Below, one piece after another: positions 18,975 through 28,906 of a stretch of 41,811 nt of DNA. Below the pieces are notes generated by a model. That model saw only the letters and a list, made by a program, of their open reading frames with translations. It did not search any database and was not told where the DNA came from. Within the stretch, counting starts at the first letter, position 1; each line of letters opens with the position of its first letter. Source of the DNA: Clostridia bacterium (GTDB taxonomy: Bacteria > Bacillota > Clostridia > Oscillospirales > CAG-382). The position numbers and the translations under genes are program-made. The stretch spans positions 1-41,811 of the forward strand of contig JAFYUY010000090.1 of the NCBI GenBank assembly GCA_017549405.1, in the 5' to 3' direction.

Positions 18975-19478
18975 TTACTCCACCGCATAATCTCCGCGGG
19001 CAAGGACATATGCCTTTTCCGAAGTTATTCGGATACCTCTGCCGTCATTACGCGGAATGATGAGCACGTGATTTATGCCCACTTCCTCACCGTTAAGGAT
19101 CTCCTTTGCTTCCGAAACATCCGAAAGACCGTTTTCCGGGATATCGGAAACCACAACGGCGGAAGAACCGGGGCGCACGATAAGCTCCACGGTGCCGAAA
19201 GTAGACTTGAGAAGCTGATCCTTCGAAAGTTCCACCACGGTATAACCAACATATACCGATTCTTCTTCGGCAGGAGCGCCGTTAAGCTCCATTTTGATCT
19301 CCTCTTTAAGTAAGGGGGCAAAAACCTCTTTAAGATAGCTTAAAGTGATAAGCGGATCGTTTTCCGAAAGATATTCCGCAGCAAGAACCCCCACGGGGCA
19401 ACATACCGCAAGCGTGCAAAGGCACACGCATAATATCCTGCGCGGACTTGCGAAAATCTTTTTTAAGAATTTTTTCAT
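18975..19478 (-). CDS. Hypothetical secreted protein, 167 aa
   Basis: Signal-like N-terminus MKKFLKKIFASPRRILCVCLCTLAVCCPVGVLAAE. Tightly packed between two same-strand genes. No family recognised. Confidence 0.6.
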   Translation of the reverse strand: MKKFLKKIFASPRRILCVCLCTLAVCCPVGVLAAEYLSENDPLITLSYLKEVFAPLLKEEIKMELNGAPAEEESVYVGYTVVELSKDQLLKSTFGTVELIVRPGSSAVVVSDIPENGLSDVSEAKEILNGEEVGINHVLIIPRNDGRGIRITSEKAYVLARGDYAVE

Positions 19479-19525
19479 AGTTTTACTCCTTTTGATTTTG
19501 TGATGATATATATTTTAACTTATTA

Positions 19526-20935
19526 TCAATAATAAACGGGGTTGAGCTCGCACTTTGTTATCTTTGAAAGCTTGTTGTTCACGGCAAAAATATCTCCGTT
19601 TTCGGTCACGATATCAAAATCCGAGTAGATATAAGGCGAAAGGAATCTTATGCCCGTGCCGTCAAAGGTATGATATCCGTCATTGACAAGGCTTACGGAA
19701 AATGGTGCAAAGTCCATGACATTTTCGGGGCACCACAGACATTTGAGATACAGCTCGTTGCCGTATTTCCCAATTATCTCAATAGAGCCGTATCCGCCGT
19801 ACGACATTACGGAAAGAGTTCCGTCCGATGAAAGCTTCCACATTGTGCGGTTCTTCATGTAGTGCTTGAACACCGTCTGCTGATAGTCTACCGTATTGAA
19901 AAATATGTCGTTTCCGAGAGTATATACATTTTCAACGGTCTTTGATGTTCCGAGATAAATGAGTTTCCCGCCCGCTTCTATGTAGGTATGGGCAGTATTC
20001 GTACCCCAGGATGCTTCTTTTCCGTGATATGCGGTCCTCACATCCGCAACGATAACCGTAAGCGGAGCGCACGCGCCGACTGTATAAGCATTCACACTGT
20101 ACTCAGCGTTCTCAATGCTTTCGGGCTTTGTGAAATTATCTGTCGCAGGCTCGATAAAAATGCCTTCAAGCTTATTTTCTTTGTAATAGACTTCACCGTT
20201 TTTCACAGTCACTTCTACTGCGGAATTTGCGGGTATCTGATCTTGTGACGGAGTGTAGTCTTCAAGAACGGAAAGCTCGCCGCTTGCGTGGTCAAGCTTG
20301 CTGTACCTCTTCACATAGCGGGACGTGAAAACACCGTCGCCAAGCGGAATCTCCTCGTCATAGCTCGTGTCGAGAACGGTAAAACCGGCGCCTTCTTCTT
20401 CAATATAAAACGCTCTTGCGTTGTTGTTTCCGGTATTTATTTCAAGAATGCCGTTTTCAAAGGTAAGCTGCCAGCCGAATTCATCCACAGCATAATCCCA
20501 TGTCATAGGAAAATATGTGATATCCCTGAAATTTATAAGCGGATACTCCGCATTCTTGTTATCGGCTTTTTTGCCGTTTATGTAGATATTGTAAGTCGGT
20601 ATAAGCGCAGTGTTATACTTTGTGTTTGCCACGGTTTCATAAACGGGAAGCTCACCGTCAGAGGGCTGATATGCCACCATAAATGCGCTGTGTTTAAGAT
20701 ATCCCGTAGTAAGGTCCATTGCATGACAGTAATCGTAGGTCATTGGAAAATACGTTATTCCCTTGTAGTTTAGAAAAGGATAGAGCGAATCGGCATAATA
20801 AACGGAAGAACCGTCAATAACTACCTGATAATCGGGAATAACCGCAGTAACACGGGAATCGTCCGCACATACAGGGGTTACGGCACAGCTTAATGCTGCA
20901 AGCGCTGATAAGCACACAGAAAGTATCTTTTTCAT
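19526..20935 (-). CDS. Hypothetical secreted protein, 469 aa
   Basis: Signal peptide MKKILSVCLSALAALSCAVTPVCA from the ATG at 20935 (RBS AAAGGAG). An internal duplicated motif is present: YPFLNYKGITYFPMTYDY and YPLINFRDITYFPMTWDY. Confidence 0.7.
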   Translation of the reverse strand: MKKILSVCLSALAALSCAVTPVCADDSRVTAVIPDYQVVIDGSSVYYADSLYPFLNYKGITYFPMTYDYCHAMDLTTGYLKHSAFMVAYQPSDGELPVYETVANTKYNTALIPTYNIYINGKKADNKNAEYPLINFRDITYFPMTWDYAVDEFGWQLTFENGILEINTGNNNARAFYIEEEGAGFTVLDTSYDEEIPLGDGVFTSRYVKRYSKLDHASGELSVLEDYTPSQDQIPANSAVEVTVKNGEVYYKENKLEGIFIEPATDNFTKPESIENAEYSVNAYTVGACAPLTVIVADVRTAYHGKEASWGTNTAHTYIEAGGKLIYLGTSKTVENVYTLGNDIFFNTVDYQQTVFKHYMKNRTMWKLSSDGTLSVMSYGGYGSIEIIGKYGNELYLKCLWCPENVMDFAPFSVSLVNDGYHTFDGTGIRFLSPYIYSDFDIVTENGDIFAVNNKLSKITKCELNPVYY

Positions 20936-21019
20936 GGTTATTCTCCTTTGTTTTAATAATAGTTTTTTGCGAGTTTTATAAAAGCCTGCGGGATTGTATG
21001 AAACCCCATTTTCCTCATT

Positions 21020-21048
21020 ATTATAACATATAATCATGAAAATTGCAA
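21020..21048 (-). promoter_or_regulatory. Near-consensus sigma-A promoter for the secreted-protein/SpoIID operon
   Basis: On the minus strand: TTGCAA, a 17-nt spacer, then TGtTATAAT (extended -10). It lies about 85 nt upstream of the ATG at 20935. Confidence 0.6.
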
Positions 21049-21118
21049 GTAGGGTGAAAAAAGCGGCAAAAACAGGCAGCAAAATTGCGGCTTCGGAGGG
21101 CATTTTTTCAAAAATCCG

Positions 21119-21147
21119 TTGACATAAAGTGTATATTGTGGTAGCAT
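21119..21147 (+). promoter_or_regulatory. Putative promoter for the 150-aa membrane protein gene
   Basis: TTGACA (21119-21124), a 17-nt spacer, then TGgTAGCAT. Confidence 0.4.
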
Positions 21148-21196
21148 ATATAATAGCAGTTTATGCAGACTTTTATATTAGATAAGGAGACAAAAA

Positions 21197-21649
21197 ATGA
21201 CCGCAAAAAGTATTTCGTCATTTATCAAAAGGGTTTTCTTTGGCACCGCGGCAATATATTTTATCACCTCGGTACTGATATTTATCACATTTTTCCATGT
21301 AAACGAGCTTGACCCCGCAAGAAGCGGCGCGGTAAATCTTCAGCTTTATTCCATGCTGTTTTCATTTATGTGCGCTTTTTTCACCTCTCTTGCAGGACTT
21401 ATCCCACGCATAGGTGCCGCCCTGCGTGTCGTTATCAATTTCCTTTTGTGCTACTGCTCCATGTATGTTTCTTTCTTTGCCGTAACGGGACGCGGACGCG
21501 ATTTCCGCTCCATATTTGCTCTGTCCACGGTTTTTCTCGTAATATATGCAATCATCTGCGCCCTTTGCGCCCTTGACAGAAAGATAACATCGGGCAAAAA
21601 AGAGGATAACTACGAAAGTATTTACACAGAAAATTCCGACAACAACTAA
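21197..21649 (+). CDS. Hypothetical integral membrane protein with about 4 TM segments
   Basis: RBS AAGGAGA. Hydrophobic segments run through most of the protein. No family recognised. Confidence 0.6.
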   Translation: MTAKSISSFIKRVFFGTAAIYFITSVLIFITFFHVNELDPARSGAVNLQLYSMLFSFMCAFFTSLAGLIPRIGAALRVVINFLLCYCSMYVSFFAVTGRGRDFRSIFALSTVFLVIYAIICALCALDRKITSGKKEDNYESIYTENSDNN

Positions 21650-21661
21650 AAGGGGTACACC

Positions 21662-22792
21662 GTGGGAAACATAAAACTTGTTGCCACCTGTCTTTTCGGA
21701 CTTGAAAAGCTTGTGGGCGAAGAAATAGACGCGCTGGGCTATACCCGACGCGAGACCATTGACGGAAGGGTCTATTTTGAAGGTCCGCCCGATGCAATTC
21801 CGCGTTCAAACATCTGGCTTCGTACGGCGGAGCGCGTGCTTATAGAAATGGCAAGCTTTGAAGCACGCACCTTTACAGAACTTTTTGATGGGGTAAAGAA
21901 GATCCCGTGGGAACGCTTTATCCGTGAAAAAGACGCATTCCCCGTAAAAGGTCATTCCATAAAAAGTGATCTGCACAGTATTCCCGACTGTCAGAAAATG
22001 GTAAAAAAAGCTGTTGTGGAACGCCTTAAGCAAAGCTATAACACCGAATGGTTTGAGGAAACGGGAGTTAAATTTCAGATCGAATTCTTTATTCTCAATA
22101 ACCGTGCCGTCATAATGCTCGATACTACGGGTGTGCCGCTTCACAAACGCGGCTACCGTCCGGAATCAAACATCGCCCCGATACGTGAGACTCTTGCGGC
22201 AGGACTTGTGAAAATATCCCGTCCGAGAGAAGATGTGATCCTGTGGGATCCCTTCTGCGGTTCAGGCACCATTGCCATCGAAGCCGCACTTATGATGACA
22301 AACACGGCACCCGGACTTTTTCGCACCTTTGCTGCGGAAAAATATCCGTGGCTTCCCGCAAAGCTGTGGGAAAACGCCCGTGAGGAAGCAAAAAAAGCAA
22401 GAAATCTTAACACGGCTTTCCGTGCCATAGCCACAGACATTGACCCCGATACCGTTGAAATCGCACGTGACAACATAAGGCGCGCGGGAATGTGGGATTA
22501 CATCAACTGCTTCACAAAGGATGCGCTCACCATCCGCCGCGATGACAAGCGCACCACCATTGTGTGCAATCCGCCTTACGGCGAACGTATGGACACGGTG
22601 CGGAGTGCTCAGGCACTTTACAAAAAAATGGGCAACGTATTCAAAAAGCTTTCTCCGTGGCAGATATACATCATTACCTCTGAGGAGGATTTCGAAAACC
22701 TTTATGGTGCCCGTGCCGACAAGGTCCGCCGTCTTTACAACGGCATGATACGCTGCAATTACTACCAGTATTTCAAGCGTACCGACAAATAA
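21662..22792 (+). CDS. THUMP-domain class I SAM-dependent RNA methyltransferase (RlmL/YpsC-like)
   Basis: GTG start. SAM-binding motif DPFCGSGTIAIEA and catalytic NPPYGERM are present, with a THUMP-like N-terminal half. Confidence 0.85.
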   Translation: MGNIKLVATCLFGLEKLVGEEIDALGYTRRETIDGRVYFEGPPDAIPRSNIWLRTAERVLIEMASFEARTFTELFDGVKKIPWERFIREKDAFPVKGHSIKSDLHSIPDCQKMVKKAVVERLKQSYNTEWFEETGVKFQIEFFILNNRAVIMLDTTGVPLHKRGYRPESNIAPIRETLAAGLVKISRPREDVILWDPFCGSGTIAIEAALMMTNTAPGLFRTFAAEKYPWLPAKLWENAREEAKKARNLNTAFRAIATDIDPDTVEIARDNIRRAGMWDYINCFTKDALTIRRDDKRTTIVCNPPYGERMDTVRSAQALYKKMGNVFKKLSPWQIYIITSEEDFENLYGARADKVRRLYNGMIRCNYYQYFKRTDK

Positions 22793-22908
22793 CGGCATTT
22801 TTATCACTCGCTACAAGGGAGTGAAAAACAAAAATGTTAAAAGATTGTAAATATGCCGCCGCGGTTCTTGATTTTTCCAATCAGTTGGAATAAAATATCT
22901 ATTGTAAA

Positions 22909-22935
22909 TTAGCACTTGATGTTTTTGAGTGCTAA
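22909..22935. promoter_or_regulatory. CIRCE operator (HrcA binding site) upstream of groES
   Basis: TTAGCACTT-N9-GAGTGCTAA compared with consensus TTAGCACTC-N9-GAGTGCTAA. It lies 55 nt upstream of groES. Confidence 0.9.
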
Positions 22936-23277
<342 letters not shown>

Positions 23278-23308
23278 TTTATCATTACTACTGATCGGAG
23301 GTATATAG

Positions 23309-24940
<1,632 letters not shown>

Positions 24941-24961
24941 TAATATTCGTGCTTAAACTGA

Positions 24962-24997
24962 GAGCACCGCAAGAAATTGCGGTGCTCTTTTACTTTA
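24962..24997 (+). terminator. Rho-independent terminator of groESL
   Basis: 12-bp stem AGAGCACCGCAA/TTGCGGTGCTCT with loop GAAA, followed by TTTTACTTT. Confidence 0.9.
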
Positions 24998-25079
24998 AGA
25001 AAAAATTAATTATTTGAAGATCAGGAACTATTGTGTTTTTTATCCGTCTGATATATAATAAGGCAGGAGGTGTTAAAAA

Positions 25080-26621
25080 ATGAAAAAACTCACATTTGTT
25101 GTCTTTTTTCTTTGTGCCGCTATGCTTTACTCATGCGGAAACGGTGCACCGGTATTTTATATTGACGGTGAGCTTCCCGAGATCGGTGAATATTCGGGCA
25201 AAAACTCTGCCGGGAGGTTTTACGATTCCTACACTCCCGTTTTTTTGCCGTCGGATGACTACGGCACGGTCATTCCTTTTATAGGCAGCAACAAGATCTT
25301 CCGTCCGTCATCGGAATTTGAATACGGATTTTCGGGACAGTTCCGTAAAATGGGATTTTGCACCCCCGATGGCAGGATAGTTATGGATGCATCGGGTGCA
25401 TATTCCGACATTTCACACCATGTTTCCGCCGACGGATTTGAATATTACACCCTTTATTCTCCCCCTCAGAACGCAGAAAGATTTAATGGAAAAACCACCG
25501 TGATTTCTGCCGACGGCAGTATTATTACGGAATTGCCCGAAGGTGCAGTGATGTGCTGTGTGGGCGAGGGTAAGATAGTTTCTGTAAGCTGGGACTATCC
25601 AAACCCCGGTGTCTGGTGTCATTCGTACGACGGAAAGCTTCTTTTCTCCTTTGGCGAAAGCTATGGAGCAACGGGAGTATTTTCCCACGGTATGCTTGCG
25701 GTATCAAACTATAAAGACGGAACGGACCGCTCGTGGTTTGTGAACGAAAAAGGCGAAAAAGTGCTCGGCGACTATGAATACTGTTCGGGATTCACGGAAG
25801 AAGGCATTGCCGTGGTGCGTGAGATCGGAGGGAAGTACTGCCTTATAAACACTTCGGGTGATAAATTGACCGATGAGTACGAAAACCTTTACATAACACA
25901 GGGAAATTACTACTGCGCCCAAGGTGAAGATTTTTCTCAGGTACTTTCTCCAGTGGGAGAAGTGGTATGCACCATACCGTCAGGCAGATATTTTGATTTT
26001 GCCGTTCTCGAGGACGGGAAAACCGTCTATAACGATTATTCCTATAAGAGATGCACGGACGGCAGCGAGATAGTCTGCAAGGAAAACGGATACCCCGCAC
26101 AAAACATCGTTGGCAACAAATACTTTGTTTGCAAAGAAGAGAAAGCCGGGGAAAAATACCCCGGAGAAAATGCCGGAGCTGCCGACAAAACCGGCTATCT
26201 TGTGGATTATGACGGCAATCTTATTGCCACCCTCGAAGACTTTGACTATGCCTGCGCTTTAACATCGGACGGCTTACTTGTTTATTCAAGCTTCGGGAAT
26301 TACGAAAACAACGATTTTAAGCTTACAGGCTACGACATCAACAAAAAAGAGCAGACATTTTGCTATAACACCTCGGGATATGCGTATTTTCTTGACGAAG
26401 AAGAAAGATATCTTTATGTATCTTTGTCCGACCATGCCTCGGGTCAGACCGAGTACGCAAAGCTTTACGATGCGGAAAAGGGGCGGTTTGTTCTTTCTGA
26501 CATCAGAAACCTGCAGTTTTATAAGGTTCACGGCAAAGAATACTTTGCCGTAGCAACGGATGCCCTTTGCACACTTTACAACGAAAATTTTGAAAAAATA
26601 TATCAGACATTAAACGAATAA
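25080..26621 (+). CDS. Lipoprotein with WG-type beta-propeller-like repeats
   Basis: Lipobox LYSCGNG after the signal peptide MKKLTFVVFFLCAAM. A recurring pattern resembles WG-containing repeats (FVNEKGEKVLGDYEY..GFTEEGIAVVREIGGKYCLINTSGDKL, GYLVDYDGNLI). Confidence 0.7.
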   Translation: MKKLTFVVFFLCAAMLYSCGNGAPVFYIDGELPEIGEYSGKNSAGRFYDSYTPVFLPSDDYGTVIPFIGSNKIFRPSSEFEYGFSGQFRKMGFCTPDGRIVMDASGAYSDISHHVSADGFEYYTLYSPPQNAERFNGKTTVISADGSIITELPEGAVMCCVGEGKIVSVSWDYPNPGVWCHSYDGKLLFSFGESYGATGVFSHGMLAVSNYKDGTDRSWFVNEKGEKVLGDYEYCSGFTEEGIAVVREIGGKYCLINTSGDKLTDEYENLYITQGNYYCAQGEDFSQVLSPVGEVVCTIPSGRYFDFAVLEDGKTVYNDYSYKRCTDGSEIVCKENGYPAQNIVGNKYFVCKEEKAGEKYPGENAGAADKTGYLVDYDGNLIATLEDFDYACALTSDGLLVYSSFGNYENNDFKLTGYDINKKEQTFCYNTSGYAYFLDEEERYLYVSLSDHASGQTEYAKLYDAEKGRFVLSDIRNLQFYKVHGKEYFAVATDALCTLYNENFEKIYQTLNE

Positions 26622-26649
26622 ATATTTTATTTAAGAAAGGAAGAAGGCC

Positions 26650-27534
26650 ATGAAAAAAACAGTTGCGGCAGCTCTTACGCTTACAACAGTATGCGCGTGT
26701 CTTGCAGGATGTGCGCCAAAATCCACATTTACTTTTACCGAAGACAATTACCCAAAAATGGGAGGAAGCCTTGCAAATCTTCCGTTGGGCGAGGCAGTAA
26801 CGGCTACGGTTTTGAATATTGACCGTGAAAAGGCTTCTTCCATGATAAAATTCGAAGGCTCCACCACCGACAATTACATAGCTCTTGCGGACGGAGAGTT
26901 TGACATTCTGCTTGCCTATGAAATGTCCGAGGAAGCAAAGGAGTATTGCAGTGAAAAGAGCACCGAGCTTGAAATGACCGCCATAGGTGCCGATGCGCTG
27001 GTCTTTATATGCAGCCTTGAAAACGAGGTGGAAAATCTCACATCGGAAAATATTGAAAAAATATACACGGGTGAAGTAACAAACTGGAGCGAAGTCGGTG
27101 GTTCGGATCACCCCATCATCGCATATCAGCGCAACAAGGACAGCGGAAGCCAGACTCTTTTTGATAAGCTCTTAAACCTTGGCGACAGACTCACCGATGC
27201 CCCGCAAGAAACCCGCATAGACTCAATGATAGGTCTGCTTGAGGCGGTGGCGGATTATGAAAATTCAGAGGATGCTTTGGGCTACACGGTATATTATTAC
27301 CTCACCAACATGGAAGAAGAAAAACTTGGCACAAGCAAAATTCTCGCAGTTGACGGAATTTCTCCCACAAATGACACCATTGCAGACGGAAGCTACCCTT
27401 ATACCAACGATTTTTATGTGGTTATAAGAAAGGACGCAGCGCCCGACTCACCCGAGAGAATTCTTTATAACTGGATAATATCGGAACAGGGCAAAGAACT
27501 TGCAGAAAAAGAAAATTACGTTGTGAAGCGCTGA
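26650..27534 (+). CDS. PstS-like (PBP_like_2) substrate-binding lipoprotein, orphan
   Basis: Lipobox LAGCAP. The phosphate-binding-protein-like segment reads LTSENIEKIYTGEVTNWSEVGGSDHPIIAYQRNKDSGSQTLF. There are no adjacent pstCAB genes. Confidence 0.75.
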   Translation: MKKTVAAALTLTTVCACLAGCAPKSTFTFTEDNYPKMGGSLANLPLGEAVTATVLNIDREKASSMIKFEGSTTDNYIALADGEFDILLAYEMSEEAKEYCSEKSTELEMTAIGADALVFICSLENEVENLTSENIEKIYTGEVTNWSEVGGSDHPIIAYQRNKDSGSQTLFDKLLNLGDRLTDAPQETRIDSMIGLLEAVADYENSEDALGYTVYYYLTNMEEEKLGTSKILAVDGISPTNDTIADGSYPYTNDFYVVIRKDAAPDSPERILYNWIISEQGKELAEKENYVVKR

Positions 27535-27728
27535 GTTCAGCAAAAAACGGAGTTAATATCCTCCCCCTTTTCAGCTTGTTGCAAAAACCCTGACGAAAAG
27601 TTTCTGATAAAACTTTTTTCAAAAAGTTTTCCGGGACAAGGTTGGGAAGCCCTTGTCGCTGTCATCATGACAGCGAAATACTTTTTGCGTCCGCAAAGCG
27701 CAGAAGGAGTGAATTTCACAAAGTGCAA

Positions 27729-27762
27729 GAGAGGAACCCTCGCCGGGGGTTCCTCTTATTTT
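27729..27762 (+). terminator. Orphan rho-independent terminator about 195 nt downstream of the nearest plus-strand stop
   Basis: AGAGGAACCC/GGGTTCCTCT 10-bp stem with loop TCGCCGG, followed by TATTTT. Confidence 0.75.
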
Positions 27763-27782
27763 AGACTTTATCGGCAGCTCGG

Positions 27783-27909
27783 AGTGATATTTCCCTTTCG
27801 GGAAGTGATATTGAAATCATAAAATTTCAGTGATATTTTATTCACCGCAAACCGCCAAAGGCAATATCACTTGAACAAAGTTCAAATATCGCTGATAATC
27901 AATATCACT
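27783..27909. repeat. Array of six AGTGATATT 9-mers, three direct and three inverted, interleaved with short palindromes
   Basis: Plus-strand copies start at 27783, 27804 and 27829. The reverse-complement copies AATATCACT, AATATCGCT and AATATCACT start at 27863, 27885 and 27901. Mini-hairpins lie between copies: TTCCCtttcGGGAA, TGAAATcataaaATTTCA and TTGAACaaaGTTCAA. Confidence 0.8.
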
Positions 27910-27920
27910 CGCCGTAAGGC

Positions 27921-27960
27921 GAATAAAACTGCCCAAGTGTCCTTAAGAACACTTGGGCAA
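27921..27960 (-). terminator. Rho-independent terminator of the AraC-family gene
   Basis: GCCCAAGTGT/ACACTTGGGC stem at 27931-27959. On the minus strand TTTTATT follows. It starts 32 nt after the stop at 27992. Confidence 0.8.
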
Positions 27961-27991
27961 GTCCCTGCGGTGATCTTATCTTAATAGGGAT

Positions 27992-28774
27992 TCACATACG
28001 TGTTCCCTTATATTTTCCGGGTGTCACACCCGTATGAGCCTTGAAAGAACGTATAAAGTGATAAACATTGGTATAACCCGTCATTTCGGCGGCATCGTGC
28101 ACAGAAACATCCCCGTGCTCCAAAAGCATCTTGGCGTGTTCCATGCGCACGGCGCAAAGGTCGTTTTTGGGAGATATGCCGAAAAGGCTCTTATAAACGG
28201 CAAAAAAACGTGACGGTGAAAGATGCACAAGCTTTGCCATTGATTCTATATCCCACGGTGCACAGTAATCCATGTGAATAAGCGTTCTTGCCTCCACAAA
28301 AGCTGCGTGAAGCTTTGTTGGCACGGTCTCGGGTGCATCCTTTTTGCACGAGCGCGATATTTTTGCAGCAAGCTCACATATCTTAAGCTCGCACAGTTCT
28401 TTGGAGAATTCTCCGCCGTTCATGTGCTCAAGCTCCACAGAACGCAAAATATCCGTTACAAAATCGCTGTCGGCAGGAGTATATACCGTGAGTGGCAAAA
28501 GACCATATTTTTCCACAATCTTTCCAAACCCACGTGAAAAATGTGCCCAATCGTGCAAAAGACCGCCCTTTACCGCGCTTATGCACTGATATGAGCCGGG
28601 TGGAAAAAATATGCAGCTTCCTGCGGGAAGCAGAGTTTTATTTCCGTCGAGAAACACATACATTTCTGTTATTATATGGATAAAAATATATTCGTTTCCA
28701 ATATCTTTTCGTTCCAGAAAAAAGCTTTCTTTTTCGGGCCACAGAGTTTTTATGTTAAGAACCTTCAAAAACAT
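27992..28774 (-). CDS. AraC-family transcriptional regulator (cupin plus HTH)
   Basis: The C-terminal AraC HTH reads MAKLVHLSPSRFFAVYKSLFGISPKNDLCAVRMEHAKMLLEHGDVSVHDAAEMTGYTNVYHFIRSFKAHTGVTPGKY. It is divergent from the GH2 gene. Confidence 0.85.
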   Translation of the reverse strand: MFLKVLNIKTLWPEKESFFLERKDIGNEYIFIHIITEMYVFLDGNKTLLPAGSCIFFPPGSYQCISAVKGGLLHDWAHFSRGFGKIVEKYGLLPLTVYTPADSDFVTDILRSVELEHMNGGEFSKELCELKICELAAKISRSCKKDAPETVPTKLHAAFVEARTLIHMDYCAPWDIESMAKLVHLSPSRFFAVYKSLFGISPKNDLCAVRMEHAKMLLEHGDVSVHDAAEMTGYTNVYHFIRSFKAHTGVTPGKYKGTRM

Positions 28775-28839
28775 CCCACCTTTTTTCTATATATTACACC
28801 AAATAATAGAAAATGTCAATTATGCAATAGCTTTTGTCA

Positions 28840-28868
28840 TTTACATCTCGGCTGTTTTGCGCTAAAAT
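28840..28868 (+). promoter_or_regulatory. Putative promoter of the GH2 gene
   Basis: TTTACA, a 17-nt spacer, then TAAAAT. It lies about 40 nt upstream of the ATG at 28907. Confidence 0.4.
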
Positions 28869-28906
28869 GATGAAAAATAAATATTTTTTAAAGGAGATTA
28901 TGTAAT

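Noticed and set aside
22834-22893. 19-aa ORF (MLKDCKYAAAVLDFSNQLE) upstream of groES
   Set aside because: The GGGAG lies about 14 nt from the ATG, which is too far. The ORF overlaps the likely groES promoter region just upstream of CIRCE. It is probably coincidental.
27537-27728. 63-aa minus-strand ORF, and a 51-codon plus-strand ORF starting at the ATG at 27667, in the 457-bp spacer
   Set aside because: Neither has an RBS. Both run through hairpins and terminators, and the translations show no protein-like features.
27789-27805. Noc-binding-site-like sequence ATTTCCCtttcGGGAA
   Set aside because: The NBS consensus ATTTCCCGGGAAAT has no spacer between the half-sites. Here a 4-nt insert separates them and the right half is truncated. 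It is more simply a mini-hairpin within the repeat array.
27783-27909. Whether the AGTGATATT array is a CRISPR array
   Set aside because: The repeats are only 9 bp and occur in both orientations. They are separated by 7-26 bp segments that are themselves palindromes, and there are no cas genes. This is not CRISPR architecture.
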